Source: a virus. Taken from it: a stretch of DNA of 43,118 nucleotides. Position 1 is the first letter of the stretch; each line of letters starts with the position of its first letter. Positions 30,991 through 39,395 of the stretch are shown here, in pieces. The notes under the pieces were generated by a model. The model searched no databases. It saw only the letters and a list, made by a program, of their open reading frames with translations, and was not told the DNA's origin. The position numbers and the translations under genes were made by a program. The stretch lies in the IMG/VR virus record IMGVR_UViG_3300045988_069349; one strand, written 5' to 3'.

Positions 30991-31179
30991 GGAAGATAGG
31001 CCGTTTCGACCCTGATTCAAGCCTATCACCATACGCGGATAATCGCAACGAGCAAAGGCGATGTATTCACATCGTATGTGATTTTTTATACCCAGTCATA
31101 AAAATGTATACGAATCGAATATGATGTAACGGGAAGAATTGCACATGAAAGGACGGGTTTACAGAAAGAAGGCTTTGCC

Positions 31180-31803
31180 GTGTACTCGAAATGTCTGAAT
31201 TGCCAAAACCCCGGCAGGGAATGTCTCAAACGTTTGCTGACCATGACAGGCGACGAGCTGCTGATCTGGTGCAAGGCCAGAAAGAAGAGCCTCGGCTTAT
31301 CCAATGCGGATATCGCCGCCGCAACGAATGTGCCGAAAGGCACGGTTGACAGGCTGCTTTCGTCCTCCGGGTCGGATGTCCGCTTCTCAACCATCCAGCC
31401 CATTATCCGCCTGCTCTCCGGCTGCACGGACGCGGAGCTTGATTGTTCCCCATCGCCGGAGGCAGACGACGCGCTGACCATACACGCCCACGACCTCGAA
31501 ACCGAGGTTAAGCACGAGAAGGACATCACGCGACGGCTCGAAGAATCCATTGCCGCGTGGAGGCGTGTTTCACAGTGCCTCATTGCGCTTTGCGTGCTTC
31601 TGGTTGTGGCGCTGATGTTTTACATCGCCATGGATGCCAGCAACGAAGACATTGGCCTCATCAGAGGCAGCAGCGTTTCGCCCTTGGCGATGTTGCTTTG
31701 CGTTTTCGCGCTGGCCTCCACCGCCGCCCTGATTATCTTGCAGGGCAGATTGATAGATAGTAAGAAGGAGAAACCGATAAACGACAAAAGGGATGAATCG
31801 TAA
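31180..31803 (+). CDS. Membrane-anchored XRE-type HTH protein
   Basis: GTG start after AGAAAGAAGG. LSNADIAAATNVPKGTVDRLLS is the HTH. A coiled segment follows. Two hydrophobic helices: CLIALCVLLVVALMFYIAM and PLAMLLCVFALASTAALIILQG. The stop abuts the int ATG. Confidence 0.6.
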   Translation: MYSKCLNCQNPGRECLKRLLTMTGDELLIWCKARKKSLGLSNADIAAATNVPKGTVDRLLSSSGSDVRFSTIQPIIRLLSGCTDAELDCSPSPEADDALTIHAHDLETEVKHEKDITRRLEESIAAWRRVSQCLIALCVLLVVALMFYIAMDASNEDIGLIRGSSVSPLAMLLCVFALASTAALIILQGRLIDSKKEKPINDKRDES

Positions 31804-33237
31804 ATGTCAATCATAGAAGAGCAAGTCAAAAGAAATCAGTATATCGAGGAAGTCGCCGCCTATATCCGCGTGTCCACGCAGGAGCAAAAGCTACACGGCA
31901 TATCCATTGAGGCGCAAATTGAGAAGCTGACGGAATACGCCGAAAAGCACGGCATGAAGATCGTCGAGTGGTACAAGGATGAAGGTGTGTCTGGCCGCAA
32001 GCTCATCAAAAAGCGCCCTGAATTGCAACGCATGATACAGGACGCAGAAAAAGGAAAATTCAAGCGCATCATCTTTATTAAACTCGACCGCTTCTTCCGC
32101 TCCGTCGCCGAGTATCACGAGTGCATGAAGCGCTTGGCTGTCGGCGGCGTGATCTGGACGGCCACCGAGGAAAAATACGACCTTTCCACTCCGTCCGGCG
32201 AGGCTTTCGTCAATATGAAGCTCACGATGGCGCAATTTGAGGCCGACCAAGCCGGAGAACGTATCCGCATGGTCAATGAATACAAGATCAAATCCGGCCA
32301 GCCGCTCTTTGGCGCGCAGTGCTTGCCGTTCGGGTATACGGTTTCCGCCCCGGAAAATGGCGAGCGTCACAAGTACATCGCCAAAGAGCACGAAGAAATC
32401 GCGATGGACTTAATCAACCACGCTCTGACACATGGAGCAATCAGGGGCGCGATGTCCTATGTAAATAACAAATACGGTATGAGTTTGAGCTATAACGCGT
32501 GTATAAACATGCTCAAAAACGAAATGATTTGCGGAGAATACAAGGGAAATCCGAATTACTGTGAGCCGTACATCAGCCGCGAAGAATTTGACCGCTTGCA
32601 AAAGCTCATTTCCAGAACGCCAAGGGACACAGGCGAAAAAAGAACCTATATTTTTTCCGGGTTGATTCTCTGCCCAAATTGCGGAAGGCGGCTTACAGGT
32701 GGGACGCACAGTCCAAACAAAGGGATAAGAAACGTCACATATAAGACATATAGATGCAACTCAAAACTCCGCGATAAAAAATGTGATTATGGGAATACCG
32801 TGTTTGAAGAAACCCTTGAAAAAGTCCTCCTTGATAAAATCGAAAGCATTGTTGACAGAAAAATGATTGAAGTAAATGCTATCGAAGCGGAAAGCGAAAA
32901 AACAAGCAAATATAATGTCGCCGAGTTACAGGCCGAGCTAGACCGCCTCAATTACTCATGGCAGAAAAATCGCATCAAATCCGCCGAGGAATATGATCGG
33001 AAATATGATGCCATCGTGGAGAAAATCGAAGCGGCACAAGCCGAGCAGCAGCAAATGGGTCATGTCGATTATGAACGGATTCAATGCCTTTTTCAATCCG
33101 GCTGGCGTGATCTGTATAACTCGCTGGACGATGAACACAAGCGCTCTTTCTGGCGTTCCTTCATCGAAGAAATTGAAATCGACTGGGGCAAAGGCAGATA
33201 CGGAAAAAGGGATATCAAAGACATTACTTTTTTTTGA
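31804..33237 (+). CDS. int: Large serine recombinase (phage integrase)
   Basis: AAYIRVSTQEQ carries the catalytic Ser, followed by a resolvase domain (GVSGRKLIKKRPELQRMI), a recombinase domain, a zinc ribbon CPNCGRRL...YRCNSKLRDKKCDY and a C-terminal coiled coil. Confidence 0.9.
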   Translation: MSIIEEQVKRNQYIEEVAAYIRVSTQEQKLHGISIEAQIEKLTEYAEKHGMKIVEWYKDEGVSGRKLIKKRPELQRMIQDAEKGKFKRIIFIKLDRFFRSVAEYHECMKRLAVGGVIWTATEEKYDLSTPSGEAFVNMKLTMAQFEADQAGERIRMVNEYKIKSGQPLFGAQCLPFGYTVSAPENGERHKYIAKEHEEIAMDLINHALTHGAIRGAMSYVNNKYGMSLSYNACINMLKNEMICGEYKGNPNYCEPYISREEFDRLQKLISRTPRDTGEKRTYIFSGLILCPNCGRRLTGGTHSPNKGIRNVTYKTYRCNSKLRDKKCDYGNTVFEETLEKVLLDKIESIVDRKMIEVNAIEAESEKTSKYNVAELQAELDRLNYSWQKNRIKSAEEYDRKYDAIVEKIEAAQAEQQQMGHVDYERIQCLFQSGWRDLYNSLDDEHKRSFWRSFIEEIEIDWGKGRYGKRDIKDITFF

Positions 33238-33241
33238 CCTC

Positions 33242-33291
33242 TGTTTGTGGTTAATTCTAGCACCGAACGGCGCAAGAATTAACTACAAGCA
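33242..33291. promoter_or_regulatory. Candidate attP core (50-bp imperfect palindrome)
   Basis: tgtttgtggttaattct-N16-agaattaactacaagca. The arms match at 15/17 positions as an inverted repeat. It starts 5 nt after the int stop. Confidence 0.5.
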
Positions 33292-33299
33292 AAAATAGA

Positions 33300-33330
33300 G
33301 GCGTGCATCCATTGGGTGCGCGTCTTTTTT
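33300..33330 (+). terminator. Intrinsic terminator after int/attP
   Basis: GGCGUGCA-uccauuggg-UGCGCGUC (8 bp, 2 G.U) followed by TTTTTT. Confidence 0.65.
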
Positions 33331-33357
33331 ACATTTTCGTCATAATTGCCGATTCTA

Positions 33358-33388
33358 TTGACAATCATTTGGATTTGTGCAATATAAA
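33358..33388 (+). promoter_or_regulatory. Promoter of the AT-rich moron
   Basis: TTGACA (33358-33363), 17-19 nt spacer, AATATAAA (TG at 33378-33379 gives an extended -10-like context). Confidence 0.6.
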
Positions 33389-33420
33389 GATATCAAATCT
33401 TGTGTGAAGGTGGTCTTAAT

Positions 33421-34101
33421 ATGTCTGCGCTCATCTTAATTGTTGTCGCTATCTTGATTCTTCTCAAGTTTCACAAGAAAAAGATTCCATCGCAGAACCA
33501 GACAAACGATGTCACTGAAAACAAACGCCAGAAATACAAGGATTTGATTAGCAAAGAAAGAGATATGAGCAAGCTCACACCGGAAGGTGAGTTGCCCGTT
33601 GGTTGGGTGTTTGTGCATGAGGATTTCATCAAAAACGCAGAAAAAGAAGTCATGTATTTTTATGGAGAATACTATAAATATCAATATGGGGAACCGGCAA
33701 AAAAATATGCCGCCTTAAAATCCCTTTTGCAATATTTCGAAGATGCGAAGAGAATTTATAAAAAGAAAGGTGAATGTTATCTTTATTGGTTTGAAAGCTC
33801 GTGGGCAAAATCTGATAAGGTGGAGCAACTGCAATCTGAATTGCATTATCTTGAAGAACATTTTGACGAAATAGAAGAAAACTATAAAAAAAGACAATAT
33901 ATAGAAAACATATTGATTCCTGATTTGAAAAAGCAAGTTATCGAAATCGTAAAAAATAACCCCGGTATTGTCCAGACAGAGCTTTATGCACACTTTAACC
34001 CGAAAGTAAAAGATTATGTTCAGGATGTTTGCAGAACGTTATTCAAAGAAAATAAGATTAAAAGAGAAAAATATGGTCGTACATTCAAATTGACCATATA
34101 A
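33421..34101 (+). CDS. Moron protein: N-terminal TM anchor, central Y/K/E-rich domain, C-terminal winged-helix-like domain
   Basis: ATG 33421 after GAAGGTGG. MSALILIVVAILILLKFHKKK... C-terminus VIEIVKNNPGIVQTELYAHFNPKVKDYVQDVCRTLFKENKIKREKYGRTFKLTI. It has its own promoter and terminator. I recognise no family. Confidence 0.6.
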   Translation: MSALILIVVAILILLKFHKKKIPSQNQTNDVTENKRQKYKDLISKERDMSKLTPEGELPVGWVFVHEDFIKNAEKEVMYFYGEYYKYQYGEPAKKYAALKSLLQYFEDAKRIYKKKGECYLYWFESSWAKSDKVEQLQSELHYLEEHFDEIEENYKKRQYIENILIPDLKKQVIEIVKNNPGIVQTELYAHFNPKVKDYVQDVCRTLFKENKIKREKYGRTFKLTI

Positions 34102-34106
34102 AAAAT

Positions 34107-34136
34107 AAGGCCGAGGCAAACGCCCCGGCCTTTTCT
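34107..34136. terminator. Bidirectional terminator between the moron and the end of the tail operon
   Basis: AAGGCCG-aggcaaacgccc-CGGCCTT flanked by AAAAA and TTTT. Confidence 0.7.
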
Positions 34137-34137
34137 C

Positions 34138-34365
34138 TTATCCCTGTTGGTGGATATCTTCCCGCAATTCATCAATTCGGATGAACGCTTTTTCCACGTC
34201 TTTTTCCAGCTTATACGTCCGCTCAACAACGGAATTGTGCTTTTCAACCTTCTTTTCAAGCTGCTCCATTCGGTAGGATAGCAGGGCGGTCGTTTTGCTG
34301 TTTGAAAAATAACTGCCCATCAAAGTCCCTGCCAAAGAGATAACCGCAACAATGATCGTGTCCAT
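34138..34365 (-). CDS. Small membrane-anchored coiled-coil protein (last gene of the tail operon)
   Basis: MDTIIVAVISLAGTLMGSYF is the TM helix, followed by LSYRMEQLEKKVEKHNSVVERTYKLEKDVEKAFIRIDELRED. SD GGAAGAAGG is upstream. Confidence 0.55.
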   Translation of the reverse strand: MDTIIVAVISLAGTLMGSYFSNSKTTALLSYRMEQLEKKVEKHNSVVERTYKLEKDVEKAFIRIDELREDIHQQG

Positions 34366-34392
34366 AGGTCTTGACCTTCTTCCAGATTTTTG

Positions 34393-36432
34393 TCATTCGA
34401 GGATAAAGGAAATATCAATCGGGAGCCAAGTATTCGCCACCGCATCCGCCCACGCGCTTCCGTTCCTGTACCGCGCAAAGCGCACCAATCCGGCGGCTGT
34501 GACGGTGCAAAGCCAGACGGCAGCCCCGCTTCCCTGACATACGAAATTCCATTGATTTTGTGGCCTATATCCGGCGGGGAGCGTCGTGATGGTATAAGTC
34601 GTCGTTCCGCCCGTCAATGTGGCTTTCGGCGTGACCACGCCCTTCACATGCACCACGCCGCCGCGCCGACGATATTGCAGCGTATTTTCCGCGTTTCCGG
34701 CGTAGGTTTCGAAGTCGCTTGTCAGCGTTGCCTTTTTCCAGCCCGTATCAAAGCCGCTCAACTCTGTCCACGAATGCCATTTGGATGAGTAGTATGTCCT
34801 TTGCCATAGCTCAAAGCCTGTTTCCGAGCAGCGGACGGCAAACTGGATGCGTTGCCCATCCGCGCCCATGTCAAGGACGATGATGCAACCGGACGCGCCG
34901 GATGTGATCGGACAGTTCTTCATTGTCGCCAGTGTCGCCGAACTGAAGCTGTAAAAGCCGCTTTCCCGCAGGTTGTCCAGATCAACGCCGGAATCCATCG
35001 CTTTTGCGCCTCCCGGCGTTTCACCATGACGGAAAAGCGCCGGAAGCCCGAACTCGACATATCCGGCCAGCTCGGAAACCTTGCCAAACGCAAGCCCCCG
35101 GCCTGACGAATGAAAATCAATCAACGTGAAGGCCGTCGGGATTTCCACCGTTTTCCGCACGGTGGCGAAGAAGTCTGTCACAGATAGCCGCACATCATAG
35201 GCAGAATCAACGTCCATCACGTCGTCGGTGATAAGTGAACCTGACGCGATATAGTCGCTCCCGCTCTTGAGCGGAATCCACGTTGTGGCCGATTTGGCTT
35301 TGTATTCCAGCGTATACTTGGCCGTATTTTTGCTTGAGACAGGCGAAATGACGAGGGAAAAGCCGATTTTGCCGTGTGTCCCCTCGTAGTTTTCCGTTCC
35401 GTCCTCCAGCGTTCGGACGGCCACAAGCGTCTTGATGAGCGGCGCGGAATAGGCGACGACCACAAGCGTCTTGGTTGTCTTCGCCGTCCGTCCCCGGCTG
35501 TCCGTCACCGTCACCGTGACCGTCTTGGTGCCGCTTGAAAGTGTCCCGGTCGTAGGTGATGCGCCGCCGTAGGTCTTGCCGTCCACGACCGTCTTATAGG
35601 CCGTGATGGTTGAGCCGTAAGCGCCAGCCGCCTTGATGGTGATTTTGACCTTTGATTTGCTCTGAACGAATACGCCGAATTGCGCCGCCAGCCCCGCAAC
35701 CGCCTCCGCCATGCTGACATCCGAAATCGTCGGCACGACGGCAGCGGGAACGCTGGCCTTGAAAGATACCGTCTTTGTGCCGATTAAGGCGCTTCCGTTG
35801 TATGTCTTGCATGTGATGGTGCATGTGCCGGATGTGCCGGAAGGGATTTGATTGGCCAGCGTAAGAGGAACCGTCCACGCCTTGCTTGTTCCCAAGCCCG
35901 TCCCGATTGTCCCAGAGGCTTTTCCGAAGGTATATGTCAGCGTGTGGTCAAAGCTGCCGGACGCTCGTGGCATGTTAATCGTGATGGAGCTGCCCATGTT
36001 GACGCTTGACGCGGAAAGCGTGGGCGTTGTCGCCCTCGGAATGGTGTCAAATGTGCCGCTCCCGCTTGCCGTCACGTCGCCGTAGTATGTGCCGCCCAGC
36101 GTGACCTTGATGCCGATGGTCGAGGCAAAGGTGCAAGTCTTCGAGCCGTTCGCGTTGTGAGCAACCGTAACCGTCTTGGTATAGATTGTTTTGACCTGAT
36201 TGCCGGAGAGGGCAGCGGAAAACGTGAAGCTGTACTTCGTGCCGTTGATCGTCACCGTGCCGCTCTTGCTGGCAGATGAATTGATTGTGTAGCTGCTGCC
36301 CTTGGAAACAAGCTGCACCTGTACCGTGACGGATGACGTGTTATTGGCGACGGACTGGCTGCCGACCTTCCAAACGAGGCGCATTTCATAGCCAGTCCGT
36401 ATGGCTTTGGTGATTGTCCCGGATGCCGCCAT
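34393..36432 (-). CDS. Receptor-binding tail protein, set 2 (DUF859-like N-terminus, Ig-like middle, pyocin-knob-like C-terminus)
   Basis: MAASGTITKAIRTGYEMRLVWKVGSQSVANNTSSVTVQVQLVS... (DUF859-type). C-terminal DLDNLRESGFYSFSS...NCPITSGASGCIIVLD...WQRTYYSSKWHSWTEL (knob-type). Confidence 0.7.
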   Translation of the reverse strand: MAASGTITKAIRTGYEMRLVWKVGSQSVANNTSSVTVQVQLVSKGSSYTINSSASKSGTVTINGTKYSFTFSAALSGNQVKTIYTKTVTVAHNANGSKTCTFASTIGIKVTLGGTYYGDVTASGSGTFDTIPRATTPTLSASSVNMGSSITINMPRASGSFDHTLTYTFGKASGTIGTGLGTSKAWTVPLTLANQIPSGTSGTCTITCKTYNGSALIGTKTVSFKASVPAAVVPTISDVSMAEAVAGLAAQFGVFVQSKSKVKITIKAAGAYGSTITAYKTVVDGKTYGGASPTTGTLSSGTKTVTVTVTDSRGRTAKTTKTLVVVAYSAPLIKTLVAVRTLEDGTENYEGTHGKIGFSLVISPVSSKNTAKYTLEYKAKSATTWIPLKSGSDYIASGSLITDDVMDVDSAYDVRLSVTDFFATVRKTVEIPTAFTLIDFHSSGRGLAFGKVSELAGYVEFGLPALFRHGETPGGAKAMDSGVDLDNLRESGFYSFSSATLATMKNCPITSGASGCIIVLDMGADGQRIQFAVRCSETGFELWQRTYYSSKWHSWTELSGFDTGWKKATLTSDFETYAGNAENTLQYRRRGGVVHVKGVVTPKATLTGGTTTYTITTLPAGYRPQNQWNFVCQGSGAAVWLCTVTAAGLVRFARYRNGSAWADAVANTWLPIDISFILE

Positions 36433-36444
36433 ACTCTCACCGCC

Positions 36445-36852
36445 TTATTCAAACGCGTGGATGCTGTATGGAATCAGCTTCTCGTTGTAATTGATGCCGT
36501 GCTTGCAGTCTGAAAAGCCGATTTTGTCATCATATACGGAGAAGGTGCGCTCATAATTGCCATATTTCACGAGGCCATGCCATGCGCCACCGTGCTGATA
36601 GGCTCGCCGCTTGTCGATCTCTGCGCTGATGTTGACATACTTCCCGCCGACCTCTTGGATGAAGCAGACCTCGACCACGCAGAAATCGGCCAGATCGAGG
36701 GCGATTTCCTGCGCTGCAAATTCCGCTTCCGGGTTTTGGTTTGTCCATAGGTTGCTGCAATTCGCGAGGCAATCCACGCCGCGCTCGATGCAATTCAGTT
36801 TCTCCGCCGTGATAACCTCGCCGCTCTTCCAGACGTGCTTTGTGTATGCCAT
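36445..36852 (-). CDS. Baseplate/fibre-associated hypothetical protein
   Basis: 135 aa. The N-terminal KHVWKSGEVITAEKLNCIERG motif is typical of fibre N-termini. Confidence 0.5.
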   Translation of the reverse strand: MAYTKHVWKSGEVITAEKLNCIERGVDCLANCSNLWTNQNPEAEFAAQEIALDLADFCVVEVCFIQEVGGKYVNISAEIDKRRAYQHGGAWHGLVKYGNYERTFSVYDDKIGFSDCKHGINYNEKLIPYSIHAFE

Positions 36853-36864
36853 GATAAGCCCTCC

Positions 36865-38529
36865 TCACATGACTTTCGTCGCGTCGATGGTTGCATATCC
36901 GACGATGCTGCCGTTGTTCCTCGCATCCAGCCGCTTGAAAGACAGGTTCCCGTTAGCGCGGGGAATGAAGGCGAAATCACCGATTTGCAACGCGTTGATG
37001 AAATGCCCGTCCGTCACATAGAGCTTATTGTCCGAGAAATAGGCAACTTCCGTGTCATCCTGCAAGAAAGAAATGCGGTCGTTGCTGATTTTCAGCTCCA
37101 ATTCGTTCCCGACCTGCCCCAGCAGAATTGAGCCATCCACAAAACGAATGTATTTGCGGATTTCCTCAAATTCCGCATCCGCACCGTTGGCAACCGCTTC
37201 AAGGTCGGCGTTAAATTGGGTAAACTGGATTTCCACGCTTTCCTTCGTCTGCTCAATGGTCGTGCTGACGGAGGAAACAAGCGCGTCCGTTTCGTCCTTC
37301 AGATAGTAGCTCTCCGCGACGGTCGCCTTGATGTTTTCTTCGGATTGCCTGATGGATGATTCAAGATTCTGTTCGACGTTGTAGACGGCTTCAGAAGCCT
37401 TTCTGACGCTTTCGGATATTTCATTGATGATTTTCTCTTGCGTATCGGTCAAGCCCTTCAGGGAGGCCGCCAGCCCCTCAAATACGCCGCCAAGCGTCAG
37501 TTTGTTGGCCGCAGGGTCGAGAAGGTTGATAGACAGCTTGCGGACGAGGAATTTCTGATTCAGCCCGTGCGGCTTGCTGACAACATCGACGTATGTTCCC
37601 AGATGGAAGGATGAAAAGGACGTGCTCACCGTCGCCAGATCGGCCGCCGTCAGTTCGATGGATTCAGGCAGCTTGACAAGGCTTGAAAGATAGGCTTGCC
37701 CCTTGGCCTTCAGGTTTTCCGCGATGGTCACATCGTCGAAAATAACCGTTTTGACAATCGTGCCATATTGTGATATAGCCGCTGCATCTTCGATGAAATC
37801 CGCGCCGCCGTTCACGCTTTCGATGGTCAGGCGTTTGTCCGTGTCCTTGCCTTCCGCATCCTTGAGCTTTGCGCCAAGCGGAATGACAACCGTTGCCACG
37901 TCTGCGCCCTTGATAATCCGCTTCTGGTCGAGCAGGTTCTTTCCAAATTCGATTTTTTGCGGAGAGAGCAGCGCGAAATCTGCGAGATAATCCAGATAGG
38001 CCACGCCGTCCGCATGCCGGACTGAAAGAAAGCCGCCGAGCAAGGTCAGCAGCTTGTCGTTCATTTCCTTCCATGTGTCGGTATAGTCGATATTTGACCG
38101 CACGATATAATCATTTGGGTCTGTCACCGTCACATTGCCGAGGGTGAAGCGCTTGGTTTCGTCCACTTGCGCGTTGTGACTATCCAGCAGCAGCGCCAGA
38201 TATTCCGCCACGCTACCCGTGAAATCATAGGGTCGCTTGATGCTGTCAAGTAAGAAAGCCAGTTCTCCTTCACATGTGACTTCCCGCTCGTTGTAAAAGC
38301 CGATTTCATCATCCAGCACACGCCCACGGAAAAGCAGATAATCCTCTTGATAGACCGTGATAATACTCTTGAGTTTTTGAATGCTGCCATAGTAAGGATG
38401 ATCGGGGTAGAGTGTGAAGGAAAAGCTCCCCGTTTTGTTCAGCTCAAGATCAAGAGAGGGGCTGAAAATCTTCAGCCCCTCCAGCTTGTCATTGTAGATT
38501 GGCAGCCCGTCACAATAAACGCGATACAT
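36865..38529 (-). CDS. Tail tip protein Tal-2 (prophage tail endopeptidase-like N-terminal domain plus coiled-coil/fibre C-terminus)
   Basis: MYRVYCDGLPIYNDKLEGLKIFSPSLDLELNKTGSFSFTLYP...LKSIITVYQEDYLLFRGRVLDD...KRFTLGNVTV...ESVNGGADFIEDAA. The start shares its A with the Dit-2 stop (TGATG). Confidence 0.8.
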   Translation of the reverse strand: MYRVYCDGLPIYNDKLEGLKIFSPSLDLELNKTGSFSFTLYPDHPYYGSIQKLKSIITVYQEDYLLFRGRVLDDEIGFYNEREVTCEGELAFLLDSIKRPYDFTGSVAEYLALLLDSHNAQVDETKRFTLGNVTVTDPNDYIVRSNIDYTDTWKEMNDKLLTLLGGFLSVRHADGVAYLDYLADFALLSPQKIEFGKNLLDQKRIIKGADVATVVIPLGAKLKDAEGKDTDKRLTIESVNGGADFIEDAAAISQYGTIVKTVIFDDVTIAENLKAKGQAYLSSLVKLPESIELTAADLATVSTSFSSFHLGTYVDVVSKPHGLNQKFLVRKLSINLLDPAANKLTLGGVFEGLAASLKGLTDTQEKIINEISESVRKASEAVYNVEQNLESSIRQSEENIKATVAESYYLKDETDALVSSVSTTIEQTKESVEIQFTQFNADLEAVANGADAEFEEIRKYIRFVDGSILLGQVGNELELKISNDRISFLQDDTEVAYFSDNKLYVTDGHFINALQIGDFAFIPRANGNLSFKRLDARNNGSIVGYATIDATKVM

Positions 38530-39173
38530 CACAAATCACCTTCCTGATAGGTGAACGTAATCGTCCCCGCTCCCGTGACCTCGACCACGTTCTCGCCAGC
38601 CACAAGTTCCAGTTCCGGCAGGGTATAGCTTCCCGCGCCCAAATCCCAGACGTTGAAACCGAAAGTAATCCGCAGCTTGTCATCCGTTTCAATCCGTACT
38701 TCCGGCACGGCTCGCTTTCGTGCGTTGGCCAGCGTGATTGTCGCGGCCTCCGTAATGGTCTGTCTGATAACCGTCAGCGCGGCTTTGTATTTCCACGGTT
38801 CGCAATCCGCCTCAATCGTGACTTTCCCGATGCCTTTTTCATCGGTGAAGCTGGAGACAAAGAGCCGCCCCACATAGTAAGCGCCGGGTTCATCGTCGAG
38901 GATGATTTTCAGCTTTTTTCCATGCAGGGCGTTTTTGATGGCCGAGAATCTGGTTATGAACATGGCCTGTGGAATAATTGTGGAAAACTCGAATTTGTGC
39001 CGCACATTTTCATATTTCGGTTCGCCGAAAAATTCCGTCAAATCGAGTTCCCCGTCCGCGCCCTCAACGTCAATCTTTTTGGTTTTCACGGCAGGGGAAC
39101 CGATTTCTTTTTTGCTCAAAATCAGATTCAGGTCATCATAAGTATGCAGGTTTCCGAATCGGATGCCTTTCAT
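38529..39173 (-). CDS. Distal tail protein Dit-2 (full length: belt plus C-terminal domain)
   Basis: MKGIRFGNLHTYDDLNLILSKKEIGSPAVKTKKIDVEGADGELDL...; 214 aa. SD AAAGGGG is upstream. Confidence 0.8.
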   Translation of the reverse strand: MKGIRFGNLHTYDDLNLILSKKEIGSPAVKTKKIDVEGADGELDLTEFFGEPKYENVRHKFEFSTIIPQAMFITRFSAIKNALHGKKLKIILDDEPGAYYVGRLFVSSFTDEKGIGKVTIEADCEPWKYKAALTVIRQTITEAATITLANARKRAVPEVRIETDDKLRITFGFNVWDLGAGSYTLPELELVAGENVVEVTGAGTITFTYQEGDL

Positions 39174-39223
39174 ATCCGCCCCTTTCTGTGGCGCTGCTGT
39201 TGGTTAATAAAAGCGTCCTTTCG

Positions 39224-39355
39224 TCACTCCGTCACGAGGTCTTCGCAACCGCTGTCGATCAGGACTTCCCTGACCTTCTCCTTGAGCAGTCGCGGCACCT
39301 GCGCAAAAGTCTTCTTCCCAAGCATAATCTGCTGTGCCCAAATCATAGCCATCAT
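39224..39355 (-). CDS. XkdX-like small protein (end of tail-tip set 1)
   Basis: Internal start MMAMIWAQQIMLGKKTFAQVPRLLKEKVREVLIDSGCEDLV after AAAGGAAG. Confidence 0.5.
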   Translation of the reverse strand: MMAMIWAQQIMLGKKTFAQVPRLLKEKVREVLIDSGCEDLVTE

Positions 39356-39395
39356 ATCTTCTTCCTTTCCGCTCATCACGAGCAATCCAAAAATT

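Noticed and set aside
30835-31032. 65-aa minus-strand ORF in the repressor-int spacer.
   Set aside because: It runs across the hairpin and promoter-like elements. Its sequence (GWCCCAPAFFPKTENYECRKSYCKTK) looks non-protein-like. The shorter ORF 30689-30838 in another frame is the only one with an SD.
31086-31583. 165-aa minus-strand ORF in the lysogeny block.
   Set aside because: It is antisense to the HTH-membrane gene, has a Ser-rich nonsense-like sequence, and has no SD or promoter.
33250-33283. Long hairpin after int, considered as its transcription terminator.
   Set aside because: The stem is followed by no T-tract, and a separate canonical terminator sits at 33300-33330. It is better explained as the dyad of attP.
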